The position numbers were made by a program, and so were the translations under genes. DNA of 64,000 nucleotides from NCBI GenBank assembly GCA_963798845.1, contig CAWCUS010000001.1:224001-288000 (forward strand). The letters are read 5' to 3'. Below the pieces are notes generated by a model. It ran no database searches. It saw only the letters and a program-made list of their open reading frames with translations, and was not told the DNA's origin. Source of the stretch: an uncultured Gemmatimonadales bacterium. Its GTDB lineage: Bacteria > Gemmatimonadota > Gemmatimonadetes > Longimicrobiales > RSA9. Below, piece by piece: positions 1 to 7,889 of this stretch (the stretch's first letter is position 1; every line of letters begins with the position of its first letter).

Positions 1-1487
1 AGGGCGGCCACGCGGGCGGACAGCAGGTTCTCGGTGTCCTCCGCCTCGGACAGGGCGCGACGGGACTCCAGCTCCTCCTGTCGGAGCGCAGCGAGACGAT
101 CCCGGCACGCCTGGAGCTCTTCCCGCGCCTCCTCTTCGGCGGACGCAAGCTCGCGGGCCCGGTGGGCGAACAGGTCGCCCTGCTCCTCCAGGCGCGCGAG
201 CTCCGACAGCAGCTCCTCGTGCTCGAAGCCCAGCCGCTCCGCCCGCTCCTCGGCGTCGGCGACGCGGGCGCGTCCCGCTCCGGCGGCAGCCCTGAGCTGC
301 GCCATGCGACTGCCCAGCTCCTGCTCCCGGGTGCGGGTCTCCTGCTCCGCCTGTCTCGCGACCGCCAGCTGCTCGCGTAGCACCCGCTGGCGCTCCTGCG
401 CCTCGGCCACACGCGAGCCCAGCTCTTCCAGTGACGTGCGACGGGAAGCCAGGTCGTCCACCAGCTGGATGATCTCTTCATCGAGGGTCGCCGCCCTGGC
501 CCTCGTCTCAGCGCGCTCGGTGGTGATCTGCTGGAGGCGCCGCTGCGAGTGGGCACGACGCTCGTCCGCCACGGCGAGCTCCCGCTCCCGCTGGGCGATG
601 GCCCGGTTCACCCCTTCAAGCGCCACCGCATGGGTGCCGCGCTGACGCGAGACTTCCGCGCTCTCCAGGCGGCGCCGCTCGAGCTCCGCCTCGGCGGTGC
701 CCAGCTCGGCGCGTGCCCCGGGTTCCACTCGCGTGAGCTCCTCGAGCCGGCCATCCGCGTCCGCCACCGAGGTCTGCAGCCGCTCCAGCTGGAGCAGCGC
801 GACGGTCGTCTCGAGGGCGAGGCGGCGCTCCCGCATCTCGTCGAAACGCTCGGCACGCCGCCGCTGCCGGGCCAGGCTCCGCACCTTGGACTCGACTTCG
901 GAGATCAGGTCGTCGAGGCGGGCCAGGTCGGCCTCGGAACCCTCCAGGCGACGGTTGGCCATCTTGCGACGGTCCTTGTACCGCCCGATCCCGGCGGCCT
1001 CCTCGAACACCTGGCGCCGTTCGTCCGCCTTGTCGCTCAGGAGCGAGTCGACCATCCCCTGCTCGATGATGGCGTAGGCGTTGGCGCCGAGGCCGGTGTC
1101 GCGGCAGAGGTCGAGAATGTCCTTCAGCCGAGAACTCCTCCGGTTCAGCTCGTAGTCGCTCCCGCCCTCCCGATGCACCGTGCGGCGGATCTCCACCTCA
1201 TCGTGCGGCAGCGGGAGCCGGTGGTCGGCATTGTCCACGACGAGCGCGACTTCCGCCCGGCTGACAGGCCGGCGCTCCGAAGTGCCCTGAAATATGGCCT
1301 CATCCATCCGCGACCCGCGGATGGCGGACGGGCGCTGCTCACCCAGGACCCAGCGGATGGCATCGCTGATGTTCGACTTGCCGCACCCGTTGGGACCCAC
1401 GATGGCGGTCACGCCGTCGTGGAACTCGATCTCGGTGTCATCTGCGAACGACTTGAAGCCGTGCAGCCTGAGCTTGCGGACCTTCAT
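1..1487 (-). CDS. smc: Chromosome segregation protein SMC (N-terminal part; runs off the window start)
   Basis: Not in the ORF track. Manual translation from ATG at 1487 gives MKVRKLRLHGFKSFADDTEIEFHDGVTAIVGPNGCGKSNISDAIRWVLGEQ (SMC Walker A), followed by coiled-coil. ATGA overlap with the upstream stop codon. Confidence 0.96.
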   Translation of the reverse strand, partial: MKVRKLRLHGFKSFADDTEIEFHDGVTAIVGPNGCGKSNISDAIRWVLGEQRPSAIRGSRMDEAIFQGTSERRPVSRAEVALVVDNADHRLPLPHDEVEIRRTVHREGGSDYELNRRSSRLKDILDLCRDTGLGANAYAIIEQGMVDSLLSDKADERRQVFEEAAGIGRYKDRRKMANRRLEGSEADLARLDDLISEVESKVRSLARQRRRAERFDEMRERRLALETTVALLQLERLQTSVADADGRLEELTRVEPGARAELGTAEAELERRRLESAEVSRQRGTHAVALEGVNRAIAQRERELAVADERRAHSQRRLQQITTERAETRARAATLDEEIIQLVDDLASRRTSLEELGSRVAEAQERQRVLREQLAVARQAEQETRTREQELGSRMAQLRAAAGAGRARVADAEERAERLGFEHEELLSELARLEEQGDLFAHRARELASAEEEAREELQACRDRLAALRQEELESRRALSEAEDTENLLSARVAA

Positions 1488-2887
1488 GCGCCCCCGGCCG
1501 GCTCGCCAGTCCGCTCCACCAAGCCCCCGCGGACGCCGGCGCTCTCCAGCATCTTCCTCATGGGCTCCGCCTCGGCGGCGCTCGTGTACGCGCCGCCATA
1601 GACGCGGTAGCGCGTGGCCCCGTCCTGGTAGCGGACCGGCACGATGTACGTCGGGATCTCGTGGGCCCTGAGCGAGTCCATGTGGATTCGCGCGTCCTCC
1701 GGGGTGGCGAACTCCCCCAGCCGGAAGGCGAGATGCGTGGGGAGCACCGCCCAGCTGTCCACGGCGGTCTTGTGCCCGTCGTCCACCAGCCGCTGCATGA
1801 GCACCGTCCCGGCCTCACGATCGGCGACGGGGCCTGCCAGGAGCCGGTAGTACAGGTCGCCGCCCACCGACAGCGGCGCGAGAAAGAAGTGAACGTCGGG
1901 CTCGGCTTGCTCGAGCTGCGCCACCCGCTCCTCCGCCGTGGTCAGGTCCTGGTGCGCCTCGACCGCCACGGAGACCGGAATCGGCGTCTCCACCGCCACT
2001 GGCTCCGGCTGCGGCGCGGGACTCGGTGTCTGCGAAACCGGCGACTCGGACACCGGCTCCGGCTCGGGCTCCGCCAGGTACTCCCTGTACAGAAACCAGC
2101 CGGCGAGGGCGAGCACGATGAGCAGCAGCACCACCAGGAAGGGCGACACGGTTCGGCGTCGTTCCTCGTCGGCCCGGAGCAGCGGCGGCTCGCGCAGCTC
2201 CCGCTCGGCGGGAACCGCCTCCCCGGCTTCCGCGGCCGCGGCCGCGGCCATCCCGGGCGGGGGTGCCGGGGCGGCGCCGGGGTCGACGGCGCCGACGATC
2301 TCGCACGCGGAGTCGAGGCGACTCACGGCGCGATGCACCGCCTGCTCGCCGCCGATCACCAGAGCGCGACCGATCCTGCGCGAGAGCGGCGGCAGGCCGG
2401 GGGTGCCGAGCGGCACGTACAGAAGGAGCATGGCCCCTTCGTGGCCGAGCTCGGCGGCAATGCCGTCCCAGCGGTCGCTGGTGAGTACCGCAGCGGGGTC
2501 CGGAACGAACGCGCCCGTGGAAACGAAGTCGAAGTGGCGATCGGCCGGCCTGACGCGAACGTGCCTCAGGGATGCGCCGAAGAGGAACACGTCGGCGAGC
2601 CCCTCCAGGTTCCCGAGGCCGAGCCGCTCGTGCAGCCCCGGTTCCGCCACGGCACCATCGGCGAGGATGGTCAGCGCGCCTCCGCGGCCGCGGGCTTCGG
2701 CCAGGGCGATGGCGGTGCCCGCGGACAGGTCGCCGGGGTCGGGGGCGACGAGAAGCAGGATCTGCGTTTCCGGATCGGTCAGCCCGGGCCCCAGCGTCGG
2801 CGGGATCTCGGCCGACCCGGGGTCGAAGGGGACGGCCTCGGGTCTGCGGTCGGGGCTCATTCGGACGACGGGTTGAGGGTCCTCCAC
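1484..2887 (-). CDS. SPOR-domain membrane protein with a degenerate N-terminal MinD/CpsD-like P-loop domain
   Basis: SD AAGGAGGGG before GTG; single TM (FLVVLLLIVLALAGWFLY); Pro/Glu linker; two SPOR-like segments (YYRLLAGPV, RYRVYGGAY). Confidence 0.75.
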   Translation of the reverse strand: MEDPQPVVRMSPDRRPEAVPFDPGSAEIPPTLGPGLTDPETQILLLVAPDPGDLSAGTAIALAEARGRGGALTILADGAVAEPGLHERLGLGNLEGLADVFLFGASLRHVRVRPADRHFDFVSTGAFVPDPAAVLTSDRWDGIAAELGHEGAMLLLYVPLGTPGLPPLSRRIGRALVIGGEQAVHRAVSRLDSACEIVGAVDPGAAPAPPPGMAAAAAAEAGEAVPAERELREPPLLRADEERRRTVSPFLVVLLLIVLALAGWFLYREYLAEPEPEPVSESPVSQTPSPAPQPEPVAVETPIPVSVAVEAHQDLTTAEERVAQLEQAEPDVHFFLAPLSVGGDLYYRLLAGPVADREAGTVLMQRLVDDGHKTAVDSWAVLPTHLAFRLGEFATPEDARIHMDSLRAHEIPTYIVPVRYQDGATRYRVYGGAYTSAAEAEPMRKMLESAGVRGGLVERTGEPAGGA

Positions 2888-2989
2888 TCTGGCCGTGTTT
2901 CCCCTCCTTCGGGGTGGCGTGCCGGTCAGGTCGAAAGGTCGCCTAATGATAAGCCGAGCGCTCCCGCGGCAAAAGGCGCCCGGCGCAGG

Positions 2990-3345
2990 TCAGAAGGAAG
3001 GGCCAAAAACCAGGGAGAAGAGGCCGCGGCGCTGGTGGTCGAGCGGGACAGCGTGGTCGAGGCGGAGGATGGAGGAGGGAGGCCTACAGCAGGATCGGCT
3101 TCCGCTCCCGAAACTCGTGTCCCCGTGATCCTGGAGAGGCGGGCATACGCGCGCTCGGCCATGCGGCCGGCGTCCAGCGCCGCCTCCCGTTCCTCGGGAC
3201 AGAAGTAGACGTCGAAGTGTTCGGTGCGGAGGATCTCGAAGTCGAAGGAGCGGTACTGGACCTCGTTGCGGCCGAACTGCGCGGCGACGGGGCCCGGGGC
3301 GGCGGCGAGCAGCGTCGCCGCCAGGAGGACCAGCAGCCGGCGCAT
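2990..3345 (-). pseudogene. Internally deleted remnant of a secreted peptidase-MA/PD40/BamA-type outer-membrane protein
   Basis: Signal peptide + QFGRNEVQYRSFDFEILRTEHFDVYF..AERAYARLSRI. A second frame (3070-2990) reads ILRLDHAVPLDHQRRGLFSLVFGPSF*, a beta-barrel-type C-terminus. Confidence 0.7.
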
Positions 3346-3358
3346 GCAGCCTCCGGGT

Positions 3359-3760
3359 TCAGGACTCCAGCGTCAGGAGCGGGGCGTCTCCCCAGAGACG
3401 CTCGAGCTGGTAGAAGTCGCGCGCAACAGGATGGAAGACGTGCACGACGAAATCGATGTAGTCGATGAGCACCCAGCGTCCGCCGCGCAGACCCTCCACG
3501 TGGTCCGGCCGCACATCCTCCCGCTTGAGTCCCTCAATGATGCCCTCGGCGATGCTGCGCACGTGGATGTCCAATGTGCCGGTCGCGATCACGAAAAAGT
3601 CGGTGGCGCCGGTGAGGTCCCGGAGATCGAGGACCGAGAGCTGCCGGGCCTTCCGGTCGCGGGCGAAATCCACCACCCGGGAGAGGTCACGGGTCAGGTC
3701 GGACTCCGAGAGCGTGCGCTGAGGTTTAGCCGCGGATGCGTGACTACGTTCGGTCGCCAT
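3359..3760 (-). CDS. rsfS: Ribosome silencing factor RsfS (Iojap)
   Basis: DFFVIATG, WVLIDYIDFVVHVF, R.FYQLERLWGDAP motifs. Confidence 0.95.
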   Translation of the reverse strand: MATERSHASAAKPQRTLSESDLTRDLSRVVDFARDRKARQLSVLDLRDLTGATDFFVIATGTLDIHVRSIAEGIIEGLKREDVRPDHVEGLRGGRWVLIDYIDFVVHVFHPVARDFYQLERLWGDAPLLTLES

Positions 3761-3884
3761 TCGAATCACAGTATAACAAGACGACGCGAGGGATGGCACG
3801 TCCGCCTCCCTCGCGCGCTGGTGCGCCCGCAACGCCGCCGCCAGGGGGCGCGCTACGCGGCGGGCCGGGTCGGCAACGCCGTCC

Positions 3885-4346
3885 CTACTCTTCCTTGATG
3901 ACCCAGACCTTCACCTCAGGCCGGACATCGGCGTGCAGCCGCACGGGGACGTTGAAGACGCCCAGGGCCTTCAGCGGCTCGTCCAGGTCCACGTCCCGCT
4001 TGTCCACCTCGAAGTCCAGACCCTGCTGGTTCAGTCGGTCGGCAATGTCGGCGTTCGTGATCGAGCCGAACAGCTTCGACTCCTCGCCCGCCCGCGCGTG
4101 GAACGTGAGCTGGATCTCCTCCAGCTGCGACGCACGCCGGCGCGCCTCCAGGTACGCACGCCTCGCCTGCTGCTCCGCCCGGTCCCGCTCCTGCTCCAGC
4201 TGCCGGATGCTCGCGTCCGTCGCCTCGTACGCCAGCGCCTGCGGGAGCAGGTAATTGCGGGCATAGCCCGGTTTCACGGTGACGATCTCCCCCGCCTCGC
4301 CGAGCTTCTCGACGTCTTCTCTGAGAATCACCTTCACGGTCTTCAT
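3885..4346 (-). CDS. rplI: 50S ribosomal protein L9
   Basis: MKTVKVILREDVEKLG..VKPGYARNYLLP, KLFGSIT; SD GAAGGAG. Confidence 0.97.
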   Translation of the reverse strand: MKTVKVILREDVEKLGEAGEIVTVKPGYARNYLLPQALAYEATDASIRQLEQERDRAEQQARRAYLEARRRASQLEEIQLTFHARAGEESKLFGSITNADIADRLNQQGLDFEVDKRDVDLDEPLKALGVFNVPVRLHADVRPEVKVWVIKEE

Positions 4347-4357
4347 CTTCGGCTCCT

Positions 4358-5275
4358 TCAGCCTTCGTCGTTCAGCGCCCGCCGACCGGACCGGAGGTCC
4401 AGCCACGTGTCCGTCACCCCCAGGAGCAGCGTGCCGGCCACCACGATCGGGTAGAGAAGCACGCCCACCACCCCGAGCACCACGAGGACCGGCACCTGCG
4501 GGCCCACCAGCGCCAGGATCACCGCCACCAGCACGGCCAGTCCACGGAGCGCGTACAGCGCCCCCATGAAGAACACCAGGTTCGACCCGACACGGGTGGC
4601 CCATCCGGCCGCACCCGCCATGGGCAGAACCAGGAGCGCCAGCCCCACGATAAGGACCCACACGAGCCCATCCGGGAACCGGAACTCCGAGAGCCGACCG
4701 AGCGGCTCGCCTCTCCGTGCCATGGCCCGGTACAGCAGCCACGCCACCCCGAGCGACGCTACGGAGGCCACCCCGAGCAGCGCCGGGAACAGCCGCGCGG
4801 GCAGGTCAGCCGCCTGCTGCACGACCGCGTTGGACTCGGCCAGGGCCGGCCATGCCTGGCGCATCGCCTCGGCAACCTGGCGGTAGTGCGACGCGATGGT
4901 CCAGTCCAGCTCCGACCAGCCGCCCAGCACGGCCACGATCACCGCGGCCGTCGCCGCCGTCGCCGCCGTGGCCATCAGGGCGCGCGGCGTGAAGCCGCGG
5001 GCCGGCAGCAGCAGCGCGGCCAGGATGAACCACCCTCCCAGGAGCAGCGACCACCCACGCCCCACGTACCACAGCGGGTCCTGCCCCGCTCCCAGGAAGG
5101 CCAGCGCGGCCAGGATCGCGGCCGCCGCGAGGAGGACCGGCTTCCGCGGCGGAAGGCCCACCAGCAGGAGCGCAGTCGGGACCATGATCAGCTGGATAGG
5201 GTGCACCACGGAGAACGTGAGCACCACGAGCACCAGCAGGAGGACCGTCGGCCAGCGCGGTCCCCGTCCCGCCAC
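4358..5275 (-). CDS. DUF2232/YybS-family membrane protein
   Basis: Multiple TM segments, C-terminal LGVTDTWLDLR, conserved position between rpsR and rplI; GTG start inferred. Confidence 0.8.
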   Translation of the reverse strand: MAGRGPRWPTVLLLVLVVLTFSVVHPIQLIMVPTALLLVGLPPRKPVLLAAAAILAALAFLGAGQDPLWYVGRGWSLLLGGWFILAALLLPARGFTPRALMATAATAATAAVIVAVLGGWSELDWTIASHYRQVAEAMRQAWPALAESNAVVQQAADLPARLFPALLGVASVASLGVAWLLYRAMARRGEPLGRLSEFRFPDGLVWVLIVGLALLVLPMAGAAGWATRVGSNLVFFMGALYALRGLAVLVAVILALVGPQVPVLVVLGVVGVLLYPIVVAGTLLLGVTDTWLDLRSGRRALNDEG

Positions 5276-5276
5276 G

Positions 5277-5501
5277 TCAGCTCTCGTAGACGTGCGTGTA
5301 CGGCACGAGCGCGAGATAGCGCGCCCGCTTGATCGCCGTCCCGACCTGCCGCTGATGCCGGGCACACATCCCGGTCATCCGCCGGGGCATGATCTTCCCA
5401 GCGTCGGTCATGATGCGGGAAAGGGAATGCTCGTCCTTGTAGTTGATCTGACGCACGCCCGCCTCACAGAGGGGGCACGGCTTGCTTCTGCCGCCCGCCA
5501 T
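5277..5501 (-). CDS. rpsR: 30S ribosomal protein S18 (Zn-binding C+ type)
   Basis: CPLC..INYKD..GKIMPRRMTGMCARHQR..AIKRARYLALVPY. Confidence 0.97.
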   Translation of the reverse strand: MAGGRSKPCPLCEAGVRQINYKDEHSLSRIMTDAGKIMPRRMTGMCARHQRQVGTAIKRARYLALVPYTHVYES

Positions 5502-5863
5502 TAGTCCTCCTCCTCGTCTTCGTCGTCGTCCTCGTCACGCGGCGAGCGCGTGGCGATGCTCATGGCCGCCGTGGGCTCCCCTTCGCTGAGGACGATGAGG
5601 TAGCGAACGAGCTCTTCATCCAGCTTGAGCGTTCGCTCCAGCTCGGGCAGCGCGTCGGGGTCGGCCGTGAACTGCACCACCACGTAGTTGCCGGATGTCT
5701 TCTTCCGAATGGGATAGGCGAGCTGCCGCTTGCCCCAGTGGTCCACCGCGGTGATCTCACCGCCACCGTCGGTGATCCGGGCGTGGAACTTGTCCAGCTT
5801 CTCGTTCACCTGTTCCTCGGTCAGGACCGAGTCCAGGATGTAAACGATCTCGTATTCTCTCAC
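5501..5863 (-). CDS. rpsF: 30S ribosomal protein S6
   Basis: REYEIVYIL..WGKRQLAYPI, acidic tail. Confidence 0.97.
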   Translation of the reverse strand: MREYEIVYILDSVLTEEQVNEKLDKFHARITDGGGEITAVDHWGKRQLAYPIRKKTSGNYVVVQFTADPDALPELERTLKLDEELVRYLIVLSEGEPTAAMSIATRSPRDEDDDEDEEED

Positions 5864-5931
5864 GTTTCTCTCCCGTGGTCGTTCGGCCTCGCCTCCTCGG
5901 GCGAAGCGGGATCAAAGAGCCGTAAATTGTA
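5864..5931 (-). promoter_or_regulatory. rpsF promoter (-10 TACAAT) and putative S6:S18-binding leader
   Basis: TACAAT at 5931-5926. The leader folds TCCCG/CGGGA around an inner hairpin CTTCGCC/GGCGAGG, with a CCG in the 3' internal loop next to the SD. Confidence 0.6.
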
Positions 5932-5967
5932 AGGCTTTGTCGCCCGTCCGTCCACCCCTCATGGCAC

Positions 5968-7080
5968 TCAGACGTTGAACCGGAACAGCAGGATGTCGCC
6001 ATCCGCCACGGTGTAGTGTCGGCCTTCGCTGCGCATCAGCCCCTGCTCCCTCGCTGCCTTCTCGGAGCCCGCCTCCACGAAGTCGCTCCAGGCGACGGTC
6101 TCGGCCCGGATGAAGCCGCGCTCGAAGTCGCTGTGGATCTCGCCCGCGGCCCCCGCCGCGCGCGTTCCCTCGCGAATGGTCCAGGCCCGCACCTCCTTCG
6201 GCCCTGCCGTGAAGAAGCTGATGAGCCCGAGGAGCCGGTAGCCCGCCTGGATCAGGCGGTAGAGCCCGGGCTCGGCCAGGCCATGGGCCTCCAGGTACTC
6301 GTCGCGGTCGGCGGGCTCGAGGGCAAGGACCTCGGCTTCCATTGCGGCGGCCAGCACGACCACCTCGGCCGGCTCGTGGTCGCGGGCGACGGCGTCGCGA
6401 AGCGAGCGCACGTAGCCGTTCCGATCCCCGGCCGCCAGGCCGTGTTCGGTGACGTTCGCCACGTAGAGCTCCGGCTTGGCCGTCAGCAGCTGATACGAAT
6501 GCAGAAGGCGAGCTTCCACCGGGTCCTCGGCGTTCGCCAGCCTGGCGGGCATCCCTTCCGACAGAAGGCCCTGCAGGCGACGAAGTAGCGACGCCTCCTT
6601 CTTCGCGTCCGGTTCCCCGCTCCTCGCCACCTTCTCCGCGCGATCGAGCCGCCGCTCGACCGCCTGCAGGTCGGCCAGCGCCAGCTCGGTGTTGATGATC
6701 CCCCGGTCGCGCGCGGGATCGACGGCGCCCAAGACGTGGGTGACATCGGGATCATCGAAGCAGCGGACGACGTGGACGACAGCGTCCACCTCCCGGATGT
6801 TGGCCAGGAACCTGTTCCCCAGGCCCTCGCCCTCCGAGGCGCCCTCCACGAGCCCCGCGATGTCCACGAACGTCACGGTGGCGGGCACCCGCGACTTCGG
6901 CTGGACCTTTTCCTCCAGCAGGACGAGCCTCGGATCCGGGACTTCGACCACACCGACGTTCGGGTCCACAGTGCAGAACGGGTAGTTGGCCGCGTCGGCC
7001 CCCGCTTCAGTGAGCGCATTGAACAGAGTGGACTTGCCCACGTTCGGCAGGCCCACGATCCCCAGCTTCAGATTCGGCAT
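5968..7080 (-). CDS. ychF: Redox-regulated ATPase YchF
   Basis: [45 protein letters not shown]-terminal FRFNV. Confidence 0.97.
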   Translation of the reverse strand: MPNLKLGIVGLPNVGKSTLFNALTEAGADAANYPFCTVDPNVGVVEVPDPRLVLLEEKVQPKSRVPATVTFVDIAGLVEGASEGEGLGNRFLANIREVDAVVHVVRCFDDPDVTHVLGAVDPARDRGIINTELALADLQAVERRLDRAEKVARSGEPDAKKEASLLRRLQGLLSEGMPARLANAEDPVEARLLHSYQLLTAKPELYVANVTEHGLAAGDRNGYVRSLRDAVARDHEPAEVVVLAAAMEAEVLALEPADRDEYLEAHGLAEPGLYRLIQAGYRLLGLISFFTAGPKEVRAWTIREGTRAAGAAGEIHSDFERGFIRAETVAWSDFVEAGSEKAAREQGLMRSEGRHYTVADGDILLFRFNV

Positions 7081-7133
7081 TCCAATCCCGTTGGTGTCCT
7101 GGCGACCCCGCAGGACGCGGAGCTGCTGCGAGT

Positions 7134-7197
7134 CGCCGCAAGAGGGCGCCGCAAGAGGGCGCCGCAAGAGGGCGGCGCGAGAGGCGGCGCGAGAGGG
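7134..7197 (+). repeat. Short tandem repeat: CGCCGCAAGAGGG x3 plus two degenerate copies
   Basis: Exact 13-mers at 7134, 7147 and 7160, then CGGCGCGAGAGG(G) x2, in the ychF/DinB divergent intergenic region. Confidence 0.85.
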
Positions 7198-7285
7198 CCG
7201 GCCACGCCGCCGCCATTGCCCGCCGTGCGCGGCCGCCGGTAGTCTACCCGGAACGTTCACCATTGTGCGCAGGAGCCCACCGCCC

Positions 7286-7804
7286 ATGCCAAAGCCCGAA
7301 TTCCACACGCTGCTCGAGGAAGCGCTCGAAGCCTGGGAGTACACCCGCGCAGGCGTGATCGCCGAAGCGGAAGGCATCCCGCCCGAACAGTTCGGCTTCC
7401 GTCCCACCGACGAGAGCCGGACGGTGGCGGAGATCCTCGTCCATATCGCCAGCTCGGGCGAGATGATGTCCGGCGAGCTGAGCGATCCGGAGGGCGACTT
7501 CACCCGCCGGTCGTACACCGAGCACATCCGCGAACACGCCGGGGAGATGTCGCCGGACCAGCCCGGGGATGCGCTGATCGCGCTTCTGCGACGGACGGGT
7601 GAGGCGGGGCGTGACCGGCTCCGCCGCGCCGGGTCCCTCCCCATGCTCCAGGGGATCCGTCGCTTCGACGGCACCGTGGGCACGCGCCTGGCCTGGCTGA
7701 ACCACGGGATCGACCACGAGAGCTACCATCGGGGTCAGCTTGCGCTCTACGTCCGCATGATGGGGCACGTGCCAGCGCTGACGCGGCGGATTCGCGGCGA
7801 GTAG
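7286..7804 (+). CDS. DinB/YfiT-family protein
   Basis: [40 protein letters not shown]. Confidence 0.9.
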   Translation: MPKPEFHTLLEEALEAWEYTRAGVIAEAEGIPPEQFGFRPTDESRTVAEILVHIASSGEMMSGELSDPEGDFTRRSYTEHIREHAGEMSPDQPGDALIALLRRTGEAGRDRLRRAGSLPMLQGIRRFDGTVGTRLAWLNHGIDHESYHRGQLALYVRMMGHVPALTRRIRGE

Positions 7805-7834
7805 GCCGGCCCGGCCAGTGGTCGCATGGAAGCG

Positions 7835-7866
7835 AAAACGGCCCCGCACCGTGCGGGGCCGTTTCC
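7835..7866. terminator. Bidirectional intrinsic terminator
   Basis: AAACGGCCCCGCAC-C-GTGCGGGGCCGTTT between convergent genes. Confidence 0.8.
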
Positions 7867-7889
7867 CCTGCGTTTCGGGGCCGTCCGGC

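Noticed and set aside
7134..7197. Repeat array as a CRISPR
   Set aside because: The units are contiguous 13-mers without spacers, and there are no cas genes.
7383..7395. Palindrome CCGAACAGTTCGG resembling a LexA box
   Set aside because: It lies inside the DinB-family CDS (codons for PEQFG) and has the wrong spacer.
7286..7804. DinB as DNA polymerase IV or an SOS gene
   Set aside because: This is the four-helix DinB/YfiT family, and I saw no copy of the candidate SOS motif upstream of it.
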